Below, one piece after another: positions 1 through 10,878 of a DNA stretch of 64,000 nt. A model generated the notes under the pieces. The model had not been told where the DNA came from, did no database searches, and worked only from the letters and a program-made list of their open reading frames with translations. A program made the translations under genes and the position numbers. The number at the start of each line of letters is the position of its first letter. The first letter of the stretch is position 1. The stretch is from contig NC_047065.1 of the NCBI RefSeq assembly GCF_902459465.1, positions 868,001 through 932,000 on the forward strand, in the 5' to 3' direction. The stretch is from Asterias rubens (Eukaryota).

Positions 1-339
1 CATATTTGGTATATTTTCCTTAATAAGATTTCTCTCAGAAAATAAAAAAACAAAACAAATCTAACTGTTGAGTGTTCATTAACAAACAACTCTACTCTCC
101 TAAAAAGGGCCCGGTACTTCGTGGAGGCATCAAAAGCAATTGCCTCCATACCCCCTGGGCGTGCTTTAGTGCCCTTGAAATGCTCCAGTAGAAATTTACA
201 ATTTCCTTAAAGGGTGCCATTTACCAAGGAGAAAGAAGCATATGGGCCTGACCTGCTTAAAAACATTATTTAATGGCATGTAGATGTTTGAATGACTTTG
301 TCAAAACAATGTTCTAAATCCCCCCTTTCTTTTTAACAG

Positions 340-1405
340 GTGTCTTTTGTTCAGTCTCTCTACAACCATCCGTACTTTGCAATCAGCGGACTTTGTTTAA
401 TATTGTTATTCCTATGTGGAATACACAAACGAGTTGTTGCACCAGCTATGTATCCTTTGCTATTAAGCTTTCCAGGAATAGATTGAACGTGGTCAGTCCA
501 ATTCTGTATTAACTGAAAAATAGTATTTTAAGGATCTGTATACGTTTGGTAATGACTCTAAAAATTAATGTCAATAAAAACTTACTAGGTTAGTATGAAG
601 TACAGCAGCTTTGGGTGCTTTGAGAAAAAGATATCACTGGTTATCCTTAAAAAAAATTGAATCTTAGAAGCATTACTGCAGTAACATTTCTCAGATTGTG
701 TATTCAAATTGCAGACTTTTCTTCCTGCATGGACAAACTGCTCTAGATTTTCTGCAATATCTCAAAAACGCTACAACATGTACCACCTTTTGAAATGATT
801 TTTTCACTGGTTAGTTTTATGGTATAAACAGTATTTACAACTGTATAGGCTTCTATAGGCAATCAACCAAATTGAAGATAATGGCTTACCTCATGGTGAA
901 CTTAACAACTAAAGTAAAACTAAAGTTCAATCTTTTTGTTACAAAAACTTAACTAATAAATTATCACAGTATCACAGCCAGATGTCGCTCTGTACTTGCA
1001 GACTTCAATATGTCATGCGATGATGTAAGTATGATATCATATGAAACCAATCAAAAATCATTTTAAAAACTATTTTAAATTTTATTGCAGTATGTTATAT
1101 TGATTTTCAAGGATAAATACTTGATATTTTTTAAATTGTCTTAGTTTTACCCAGTTACAGGTTTGGTAAGGTTATGAGATAATGGTTAATCACAAAACAC
1201 ATGAACATTGTCTGGAACTATTTTGCTAGCTCTACCAGTCTTGTGTAAACCCTTCCAACATAAAGAAATTTTTTGAGTGAGAATTTTTGCAAGATGCTGC
1301 TTAAACTCCGTTATACTCCGACATTCAAATAATAACAAGGGCGGACTTTCTTTTGCTTTTGATTCACAGACAGGAAAACTTATACTTAAGCCACGATCAA
1401 TGTGA
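340..1405 (+). CDS. CNEP1R1: CTD nuclear envelope phosphatase 1 regulatory subunit 1 (TMEM188/Spo7-like), last three coding exons; 5' part lies outside the window
   Basis: Exons 340-449, 970-1024 and 1370-1405 splice in frame to [66 protein letters not shown]. This matches the recalled CNEP1R1 C-terminus ([39 protein letters not shown]). All junctions are GT-AG. Confidence 0.95.
450..969 (+). other. U12-type (minor spliceosome) GT-AG intron in CNEP1R1
   Basis: The donor is GTATCCTTTG at 450, the U12 consensus. A branch-like AACTTAAC lies at about 946-953, roughly 16 nt before the AG at 968-969, and there is no long polypyrimidine tract. Confidence 0.85.
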
Positions 1406-1546
1406 CATCGACTATGCCTGCTCTCACTAATGGAGGAACATTAATGAAATAAGATTCAGAGAATCATCGCCCCGTTTCATACATAAGGTCTAGTGCCAAC
1501 TAGAGGAATTGCTTCCAGCTAGCATCTGAGACATGGATGATGAAGA

Positions 1547-1719
1547 CAGGCCTGGAATTTCATCTTTGAAGGAGGAAGGCCACAATCTTTCAAAGAATGC
1601 TCTCGTTTGCATATAATATTACAAGGTCTTTAAAAACATTTCAAGGGAAACCAGACCTAGGCCAACACCAGGGCAATTAGATTATGATGGATTCTGTGCC
1701 CTTGAAATTCCAGGCTTGT
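1547..1719. mobile_element. MITE with CAGGCCTGGAATTTCA-type TIRs; related pieces at about 113-250, 29600-29787, 45640-45735, 47608-47670 and 49225-49275
   Basis: Inverted ends caggcctggaatttca ... tgaaattccaggcttg. Copies share the internal motifs gtgcccttgaaat and gggcaccaaggccaag. Confidence 0.6.
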
Positions 1720-3045
1720 AAGAGAGTCTTAAAAACTATGAAATGAACCAAGGCAACAAAAATCAACACGGTACACTTTGTTTGATGATAAAGACTTCTA
1801 ATTTATTGTTTGACACAGCTGGGCATTTTAGGTTCAAAACGCAACAAAAAGCAGAAAGAGTTAGTCAAACCTCTCCCAAAACCCCTTTCCACCCTTTTAT
1901 ATAATGTTCAAGTGAACATAATTGTTATAAGTGCATCTTGTCATTCTGTATCATGTAATGATTACATTTTAACTCAATTAATTTGTATAGATGATAAAAT
2001 GAAATAAATGATGAATTTATTATACATTATGGGTAAACAAGACCAATATTATTTATGTTTGTGTTCATTTTGGGTATTGGCCAACAGTAATGACAATTGA
2101 ACTGATTTTGTAATCATAAATATGGGAGCAAGTCCAGGATTCCAGCATACCATGGCTGATTATCGGATGTGGCTTTTACACAGCCAAGGTTTCGGACTAT
2201 TTATTATAAAAAACAAAAAACTAAAAATCCTGGTGTATTTTATGGAAAAGTTTGTTGTCTTTACCTCATTTAGTCAGAAATTTATTGTGGCAACGGTGTT
2301 CTCAACAAAACAAATTATTCTGGAAGTTCCGAAAAGTTTTGAAAAACAATACCAGCGCAGAGGCGAGGTAACAATTTTTTTTTATAGATATCCACGGAAG
2401 TGGTCAACAGCTCTGTGGCATTGAGGCTTAAGGTTATGTCTCACGAGGCAATGTACAGGCAACTAGTTCCAGACAATCTCCAAGAAGAGAATCCATTCTG
2501 TCACATTTAAATATTCACAGATTTATCTTGAGGATTGTAAGACATTGTTTGAAAATTTACTCGTGTGCTACCAACGTGCACTCGCAGCCAGCACTGCAGT
2601 TTGTTGCCTCAACTTTACCTGTAAAAGTTGCTACATGTGACAAAGCCCTTTTACTGCTCTGCTCCACAACCTCAGGCCATAGCTCTGTGTCACGCCAAAC
2701 TGTATTTAACTTGGGTTGTTAAGCTCCACTCACAGATAGATGGATGGCGGACTTCAGTTCTGCATGCCATTTCTAAACAACGATTTGGATCAGGATCTCT
2801 TCCAGTGTAATCAGCTTCTTTGTTCTGCCCAAGAGCTGACAGTCCCTATTATCCATTATAAACCAACCCCCCAAAGGGTGTGTATGATTATCTCCATGCA
2901 AAGAATGGGTGGTTTACCTACTGCAGTGAACAGGTACACTGGACATTGTCTAGTACCAAATCACCAAAACTCATGGCAAACCATGATTTTCATTATGGTG
3001 AAGCGGGGATAGTTCGGGTTCAAAAGGATGAAGCTCTTCTGGATG

Positions 3046-6000
3046 TCAAGTGTCACCTCGTTGAGCTTTGTACTGCTCCATCTCTTCAGGGAACATCTTG
3101 TTCAACTCTGTTATCAAACTCTTCTTGAATTTCTACAAAAAAAAAAGATACAGCAATGAAAATACTCATTTTAAAATCTTCCTTAATTTCTACCAGAAAA
3201 GAAAGACAAATGAAAATATCAACTCATTGTAAAAGCTCATCTTCATTCTAAAAATAGACATGCAACTTTGTAACTACCACCAAAAAAAAGAATATCAGCC
3301 AATCCACTGAAAGGAGGCATGCCAGTAAAATGATAATAAAGCTTTTTATACAGATAATTTACTCATTTATTATGCGCAAGTTTCATAAATAATATGTTCA
3401 GATCTACATTACAATAGCATTTTGACAGCAGTGAACGATTTCCCTTGTATAGCAGAGCAAAATGCTATGCAAAATGTGTCAGTTGCTAATCAAAAATCAT
3501 CACTTGCTAAATATTAGCATTCAGTATGCACATAATCTGTTCAGTCGAAATACCTTGCTATGCAAAAATGCGGGATGAAATCATTCCCTGGACAGTACTT
3601 TTTGCTCTTACAAAGAAATGGCTAATCAATTGCAGTTTTCTTCACAGTTAATGACACCTCTATGACGAGAGTTTAATTTCTACTGGAACATATCAAGGTG
3701 CATCAAGGCAACACTTAGCGGCGTAGAGGCTGTTGCCTTTATGAATTAAAATACTTACTGAGAACGTTTCAATTTTGCCCTTGACTTGTTCGTTTTTGAT
3801 GACAGCTTTCTCCATACAGTCTTTCGTGTACAGCTGAGGATTTCGGCCCTGGTCTATGTAGCTGAAAACAAATTACAAAATAAAGTTTCCACAACTTAAA
3901 GGGTTTGGATACTTTTTTGTTTCACACAAAACACAAACGTCCACAGATTTACGTTAAATTTACACGGTTCAAGATAATAATAGAAAGTTTCTCTTAAGAT
4001 CCAACTTGCTAAAGTGCTGTAGTTTTTAAAGGATTTGGGTACTTTTTGCAACACGAAACATGTCTACAGATTTATATTAAACTTACACAGTTTGAAGATA
4101 ATGATAGTAGAGGTGCTGTAGTTTTTGAGAAATGAGTAAAACAATGTCATGAAAAAAATAGGTTTTTACATGATGAAATAATTGGTGTCTCATGATCACT
4201 AAGACGAAAATTATTTTCATGACATTGTTTTACTCATTTCTCAAAAACTACAGCACCTCTACAAGTAATATTTTCAGGGAAGCTTTCTACTACCATTATC
4301 TTCAAACTGTGTAAGTTTAGTGTAAATATGTGGACATTGTGTTTTGTGTCCTACAAAAAGTACCTAGACCATTTAAGAAATGATTAGAATAATTTCAAAA
4401 AATTATTTTTTGTCTCAGTGTTGAAAAAAAGAACTAATGACTTACTCAAACACCTCCAGAGGGACTTGAACATCTTGTACCTGCGCCTTTGTCTTTTCAA
4501 TTTCCAAAAGGCCCGTAACGAGGGTGTGTCTGCAGAAAATGAATAATGCCATTAGTAATAAGAGAAGTGACAGTTAAAACAATAACATACAACAGGATAA
4601 CTACAAGGCTCACTCTTAGCACTACACTAACCTAGCATACATTGTCTATTAAAAAGTGCTTACACCACTTCTCAACTTGCCATTTGGAAACCCTGTGCAA
4701 CCTACTTGTATTAATGGTTATGCACCTTATGATCCAACACCTCTATATGTTTTCCCAACCCTAATCCAACCCCTAATTTTTTTACAAGGGCAGATTTGAA
4801 AATAGAAAACCAAACTACCTACACAGTATAACATTTCAACTGTTTTAATTTGAAGAATTTGAAGTTTTTCCTCGTATTGTGTTCTGGGGAAGTTTTATTC
4901 TCAACTTAAACAGATTTGAATTTTTGTTAACAGAGCACAGTGGCTTAAGACCCAGACATCAGGTCCGATTTTTTTTCTGAGATAACTACATATCTTCGGT
5001 GACTTGAACAAGAAGAACTAATTTGTTGAAGAATTTTTATTTTTTTGAAATTTATTACCCTGTTTTTTTAAGGAATTGTAGTTCGTATATAGTGACATAC
5101 GTTTATAATCAGCAAAAATCACAAACCCTTATGTTAAAAAAAATACCTGGGTAGGCATATAAAAATTGTTTGAGAAAAAAAATATTGTTTTTAAATTACC
5201 TGTATAAGTGACCTTTCACACTGTAGAAAATTAAATAGGGACCGAAGTTTTGATGATACGGCAAAAATGCTTTGAAATCTTCGACTAAAATGTCAAAAAT
5301 AATACTTATAAAAAAAAAATACCGCCACACATTTTTAAAATAAGCCATTAAGGGCCTGGACGAAATGCTAAAAATATGTAATAGATTAGTAAAGTAACCA
5401 TTCGTTGTGGCTAGAAATTCACGGTAAATTAGCGAAAATGAGTTTTTACTCCTGAAAATGAGAATTTTCAAAAAAGCAATTGTCTACATCGCAAAATTAA
5501 GGAAAATAAACAAAAATCAAAACGTTGGATATTTTCCCAATCGGCCACCAACGGCCAACATATTTTTTGTATTTGTTTCCATAAAATGATAGAGTGACTA
5601 CTTAGCTTTGAAAATAAAATAGCGCCGAAATCCCGCAAGATCGCCTTCACTCCCAAAAACTAAGTTTTCAGAACGCTGTTTGTAACCAAAAACATCGTGT
5701 ACATTAACATTACACACAGAAAATATAGCGCCCTCTGTTGACTTCAAAACCACATCATAAAAATTGTCACAATAATTCATGAATCACGACACGGATCGAT
5801 AAATTGTGGATTATTTTAAAGGACAACCTCGTTTTATCTACCTAAAGATGACATTGAGACATGCTTGAGATATTATAAAGGTATTTTGACCGATTATAAA
5901 GGTATTTTGACCGATTATTGTACAGAAACTTGTCGATGTCGGTGTCACATAGTGTGCAGAGTGAACATTTGAACAAAACACAATATTGTCGGACTGGTCC

Positions 6001-6472
6001 AGTCATAAGTTTACGATGTAAAATCACCGGTTTTAGTCCTGCAGTCCAGTGCAATTTTCAAGCCTAGTACTTTCAACAGGCAACACTTTGGTGCAACCTA
6101 AACTGCTCAGAGTTGAGTCATATACCCCTCTCATAAAGCAAAACCATACAGGGACCCTAAGGTCATGGGCACGTTTGTAAGCACAAACAACAAATACTGA
6201 CAATCGATTTGCCTCCTTAAGCCACCCTGAGTGAGGGTGCTGTTTGGCCTCAGTAAGGAGCTTTTTGAGAGTGTAACATCATATGCAAGGGGTCTACCAG
6301 AACTTAAAAAACCACAACAATAATTTTGATGACTGATGTACTCTTACAGTTTCTGATTGAGTGTTATTTGTCCCTGAGGCTGAAAGTCACTGACGATGAT
6401 TCCCAACTGACGAGTATTCTCAATGAAACGTTCAAGACTCTCAACTAGTGGATCAAACTTCTCAGATGCCAT
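3046..6472 (-). CDS. MED10: Mediator complex subunit 10 (132 aa)
   Basis: Exons 6472-6348, 4529-4446, 3861-3759 and 3132-3046 total 399 nt and translate to MASEKFDPLVESLERFIENTRQLGIIVSDFQPQGQITLNQKL...DVQVPLEVFDYIDQGRNPQLYTKDC...KNEQVKGKIETFSKFKKSLITELNKMFPEEMEQYKAQRGDT*. An acceptor at 6494-6493 implies an upstream non-coding exon. Confidence 0.97.
3900..4372. mobile_element. TTAA-flanked (Kolobok-like) MITE in MED10 intron; homologous half-copy at about 38570-38830
   Basis: TTAA flanks at 3896-3899 and 4373-4376. Imperfect TIRs agggtttggatactttttg / aaaagtacctagaccat, with internal inverted repeats. Confidence 0.75.
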
Positions 6473-7177
6473 GTTGATTATTACCAGGATCTCTGTTGAT
6501 AACAAAGTATACAAAAAATTACAAATTTGACAGCAAGAGCTCAGGAACTGAAATATCTAAATTGTTTCCTTTCAAACACTCTTTCTTGATGTAAATGTTT
6601 AAACTTGCACTAGACCCAGTAAACTGGGGCGCTGTACTCTTTTTCTATTTGTCATTATCAGTCAAAGTATGAACATTTTTGGGGGAAAAAGGAGTACAGC
6701 CCCCCAGTTACAGTGTCGAACATACTTGCACTAATAATAAACATTACCCCGTTACTACTTTAGTCTTTATTATATAAACAATGAATATGGCTCCCACATA
6801 CGTTCACTTCAGTTCAGACGTATTTAAATGGAATTTGAAGGTGGTCTTCTTTCTTGTTCATCACTTTAAAAACATCACACTTGGTCTGGACAATTTAATC
6901 ATTTGTAAGCCCTTTTTTTTTTTACAATAAATCCATAAATGTAACGATTAAGATGAAGAATATATGTGATATTTATAAATAAAAGATGGACAACTTTCTG
7001 TATTCTGACACTTTTTCACTAACGAGCGTATACAAAAAAAGGTATGGGGTTCAAATAGCGCACACCTTTTTTTGACAAACCTCATCTGCTCATGGTTCTA
7101 GAAGTATAAAAAAAAGGCCAATAATATCTAATTTTATGGTAAAATTACACAGGCCTAGCATATTTTAATTCTATTTC

Positions 7178-7332
7178 GGGAAAAGTTTCCGTATGTACGG
7201 CGCCACCACTTTTTAATTCGATATGAAATAATGGAGATCCGAAATTATCTAATTTACCTCAATGAGATATCCCTTTTCGTAAAAATAAGTGAAAAAGTGG
7301 TAGTGGTGGCGCCGTACGGAAAGTTATCCCTA
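7178..7332. mobile_element. ~140-bp MITE; second copy at about 21281-21412
   Basis: Both loci have the TIRs ggaaaagtttccgta..ggcgccaccacttttt and aaaaagtggtggcgcc(g/a)tacggaaagttatcc. Confidence 0.8.
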
Positions 7333-7606
7333 TAGATTTCCTACCAAGTCAAAGTACACTGACAACAGTTTTGGTTTACTAACACTACTGACTACTACTG
7401 TACTAATACTACTAGGCTACACAGAAACTTCTCCCTTTAATTAGGCTTTCCTTTACTTTTATATATTTTACTTTTATTTTAGACTCGTAGTCGTATATAG
7501 ATGGTGGGCAAACAAAAAGAGAGAGAGCTAGCCGGAACGAGAGCCACGTACAACAACCCAAACAAGGTCAGGTTACAGTAGGCTTAAACTTGCCTTTTTA
7601 ACTTAA

Positions 7607-8800
7607 AGGAACACGTTGCCTTGGATCGGACGAGTTGGTCTATAAAAAAGCGTTTGTAACCGTTTGTTATGAAATGCATATGGGTAGAAAGATAATTTAA
7701 AGGTAGAATACAATGATCCACACAAGTTAGTTGCGATAACGTAACCCTCCTGCCGACGGCGTAGCCGGAGGGTTACGAGTCACTCCCATTCGATGCAGGG
7801 CGAAATATTTTAGTCAACTGATTTGCTCATTTTTTACCACTTTAAAAAATGACACAAATTCTATGAACACGAACTTAATCCTCAATGTCTAATGAATAAC
7901 ATTCAAAAACACAATTGAGAAAATATTTTGAAAAAAAGGACAAAAACTTACCAGATTCCGGGAGCGTAACAGTCACAAATTTGAACCTGTCGCTGGTTAC
8001 CATGCGCTGACCCCAAGCGCTGAACCAAACCGCAGGTACCAGCCAATTGAATTGACTACCTGCCGACCGAGCCGCAGCCAAGTTTGACTAAACCATTCTG
8101 TAAAAGGGGTGTTACAAGGGGTGCTGCAGTGCTTTAAGTGAGTGAACAGCGGGCAAAGTAAATGGACAGCGCACACGCACTGTCGCGCTGCCTTATAACA
8201 CCCCTTTAACAGAATGGTTTAGTCCAACAGCAATGAACATCGGGAAGTCACAAAATGGCGACTGTTTCGTTCCGGGATCTGGTAAGTTTTTGTACTTTAT
8301 TTCAAAATACTTTCTCAATGGTGTTTTGAATGTTATTCATTAGATATTGAGGATTAAGGTCGTGTTCATAGTCATAGAATTTATGTCATGATTTTCGAAA
8401 GGGGTAAAAATTGAGCAAATCTGTTGACTAGCTGTCGAAATTGTTCGTGTTTGACCATTTCGCCCTGCATCGAATGGGAGTGACTCGTAACCCTCCGGCT
8501 CCGCCGTTGGCAGGAGGGTTACGTTATCGCAACTACACACAAGTTTGCCTCGAAATTGCGTGGTTTTCCTTTTACTGTGCGAACAAAATCGGTCGGCCAT
8601 TTATGGGAGTAACAAATTTGACTCCCATAATAATATGGCCGACCGTGTTAGTCGACGAGGTAAAAGGAAAATCGTGCAATTTCGAGGCATGTTTGTGTGG
8701 ATCATTGTATTCTACTTTTACAGCATCTTTCTACCCATATGCATATTATAACAAACGCTTTTCAAAGACCAACTCGACCGATCCAAGGCAACGTGTTCCT
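7607..8800. mobile_element. TTAA-flanked (Kolobok-like) foldback MITE interrupted by a nested insertion
   Basis: TTAA at 7603-7606 and 8801-8804; TIR aggaacacgttgccttggatcg / cgatccaaggcaacgtgttcct. The element is 377 bp once the insert and one TSD copy are removed. Confidence 0.85.
7728..8535. mobile_element. 808-bp foldback DNA transposon with 9-bp TSD (Mutator/MULE-like by TSD length)
   Basis: TIR tagttgcgataacgtaaccctcctgcc, with imperfect arms about 240 bp long. The TSD cacacaagt is at 7719-7727 and 8536-8544. An internal inverted repeat spans 8086-8224. Confidence 0.85.
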
Positions 8801-9601
8801 TTAATCGAAATACTAAATATTTTCACGAAAAGGGTGCAATGAATATCGCATGAGATTTTCCGTTATTAACCCACAACCACCAACAAAAATACTATGCTTT
8901 CGTTACTTTTACTTATCCATATTAACGGAATAATTCAGTCAAAAGGTAGATTAAGATGTCTCTTAAACTTACCAATATCTGTAAATATTACATGCCTTCG
9001 AAAAATCACCTTTTAACAACCTTTTCCCGAAGCAACGAAGTGAATATTGTTCACAGTGTTAACCTCAGACGGCGATGGTCAACGATGCTGCTCGTTGCGT
9101 TACTTCACTAACCAGCATGTACACGACGCCGGATACCAGCGATTCCATTAATGTGGTTTTTTTTTTTGGGGGGGGGCCCACCCCCCCCCCAAAAAAAACC
9201 AAAACACAAAATAATTATTGTAAAATTTTACGCTTGACCAATACCGACAGGAAAATCAAAATGGGGAATTTAACACAGTAACAACATATTAAAAGGCATG
9301 GCCAGAACCTTTTCAGGTTGGGGCTGGGAAAACCATATTCCTACTTTATCAAGCATACAATGGAAGCTTCTTGATCGACCGAGTTCCATTTCCCCACAAT
9401 AAGAGCAAACCATCACCTTTGGTTCTTTTTTGGATTTCTGATATTTCGACTATAACTTTTAATGGATGGTAAATTAAAATTAGATTGTGATGGAAAAAAA
9501 TAATAAAAGTTGAGCAACTCAAAGAAATGAGTTATGTATAACGGTTGGCAATCTCTTGTTCCAAAGAATTGGTCATTTAAAAAGAAAAGATTGACTTTTA
9601 T

Positions 9602-9641
<40 letters not shown>

Positions 9642-9680
9642 ACAAATAAATAAATAAATAAATATTTAAATAAATAAATA
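9602..9680. repeat. (TAAA)n microsatellite
   Basis: About 18 tandem taaa units with a few interruptions. Confidence 0.95.
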
Positions 9681-10700
9681 AAGAAGTAAATATATAAACA
9701 AACAATTGCTATTAATTTATTTAAATTTCTGCATTATTTCCTGTTACTCAAATTTGTTATATAACAGTATTTTTTTGAGACTCTTATTAGTTTGTTTTAT
9801 TTGATGTGTTGTCGGGTACACCTATTAACAAATATTGTAAATAAACAAATTAATAAATGAAGAAAGGACATTTAAAAGGACATTTAATTTGTGAAACAAT
9901 AGGTTTAGATTTGTCTTGAAATAGTTATACTTTTGTTTTTTGGGAGTGACTTCTGAAGTAAAATAGTCTATTCCTTGTGTATAAAACATCATATAGCTAG
10001 ATCAGTAACAAAATACAATATTTAAACAACTCACATAGTTATTCTGACTTTATTTTGATAGGATTTCGTAATTCAAAAAGTTGGCTGTCAAAAAGTAACA
10101 AAGACATTAGCTCTGTCCTGAGCCAATTGTGGCTTGATCACCAGGCCAGTGCTTAATGGAAATCCGATTTCATTAGAAATATAAACTGTGAATAACACCC
10201 GTGTCTGAATTAGCGGCTATACAGCTACAGCTAGAATTACGCATCAATGCACTAAAGTACATGTATAGGACATCATTAGCAGCAGTCGTAGCCGTAACTG
10301 TATAGCCACCAATTCAGATTTTGTCTATTTCTATTCCCTCAGACAGGCTGCCAGTCCAACTCCATTTGCACTCCTGGGTGGAGAGAAGCAATTAAGATAA
10401 ACTGCCTTGCTTAAGAACACATGGGTCATGACTGACTAGGCCATAGGATTCAAACCCACATTCTGTGCAGGAAAGAGTTAGAGCCAACCGACCAAGAATG
10501 CTCAGCATGACACCCCAAGGCTGGTATAGGATGCGGTTGTTCAACAAAAGTCTGATCTAACAAAACTTAGCCAACAATGCAAACTTTTTCCTGAAAACCA
10601 AATTTCCCTCAAAGTCAAGTCCATTAAAACCCAAATGAGTGACCAATCAGAGCAGTCAAGTAGTTCAAAGTGTGCCTCAAAGAGTGCCTCAATAATGAAC

Positions 10701-10878
10701 CAGGCCCAATTTCATGGCTCTAGCCTACTAAACTTAAGCCAAAATCAGCGCATTTGGATGCAGGGAATGCTTACCTGGTACATCAAGCGTATTTGCAGAA
10801 ATTCAGCGCCCCGCAAGTGGAGAATGGTGATCGTAAGCACAGAAGCAGCGGTAAGCAGAGCCATGAAAGTTGGGCCTT
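10701..10878. mobile_element. PIF/Harbinger-like MITE; related copy at about 49329-49490
   Basis: TIR aggcccaatttcatggctct / agagccatgaaagttgggcct. Confidence 0.65.

Noticed and set aside
5871-5915. 21-bp direct repeats (also 28263-28302, 29638-29737 and 61061-61119) considered as CRISPR-like arrays
   Set aside because: Only two copies each, with no unique-spacer array, in a eukaryotic context; they are simple tandem duplications.
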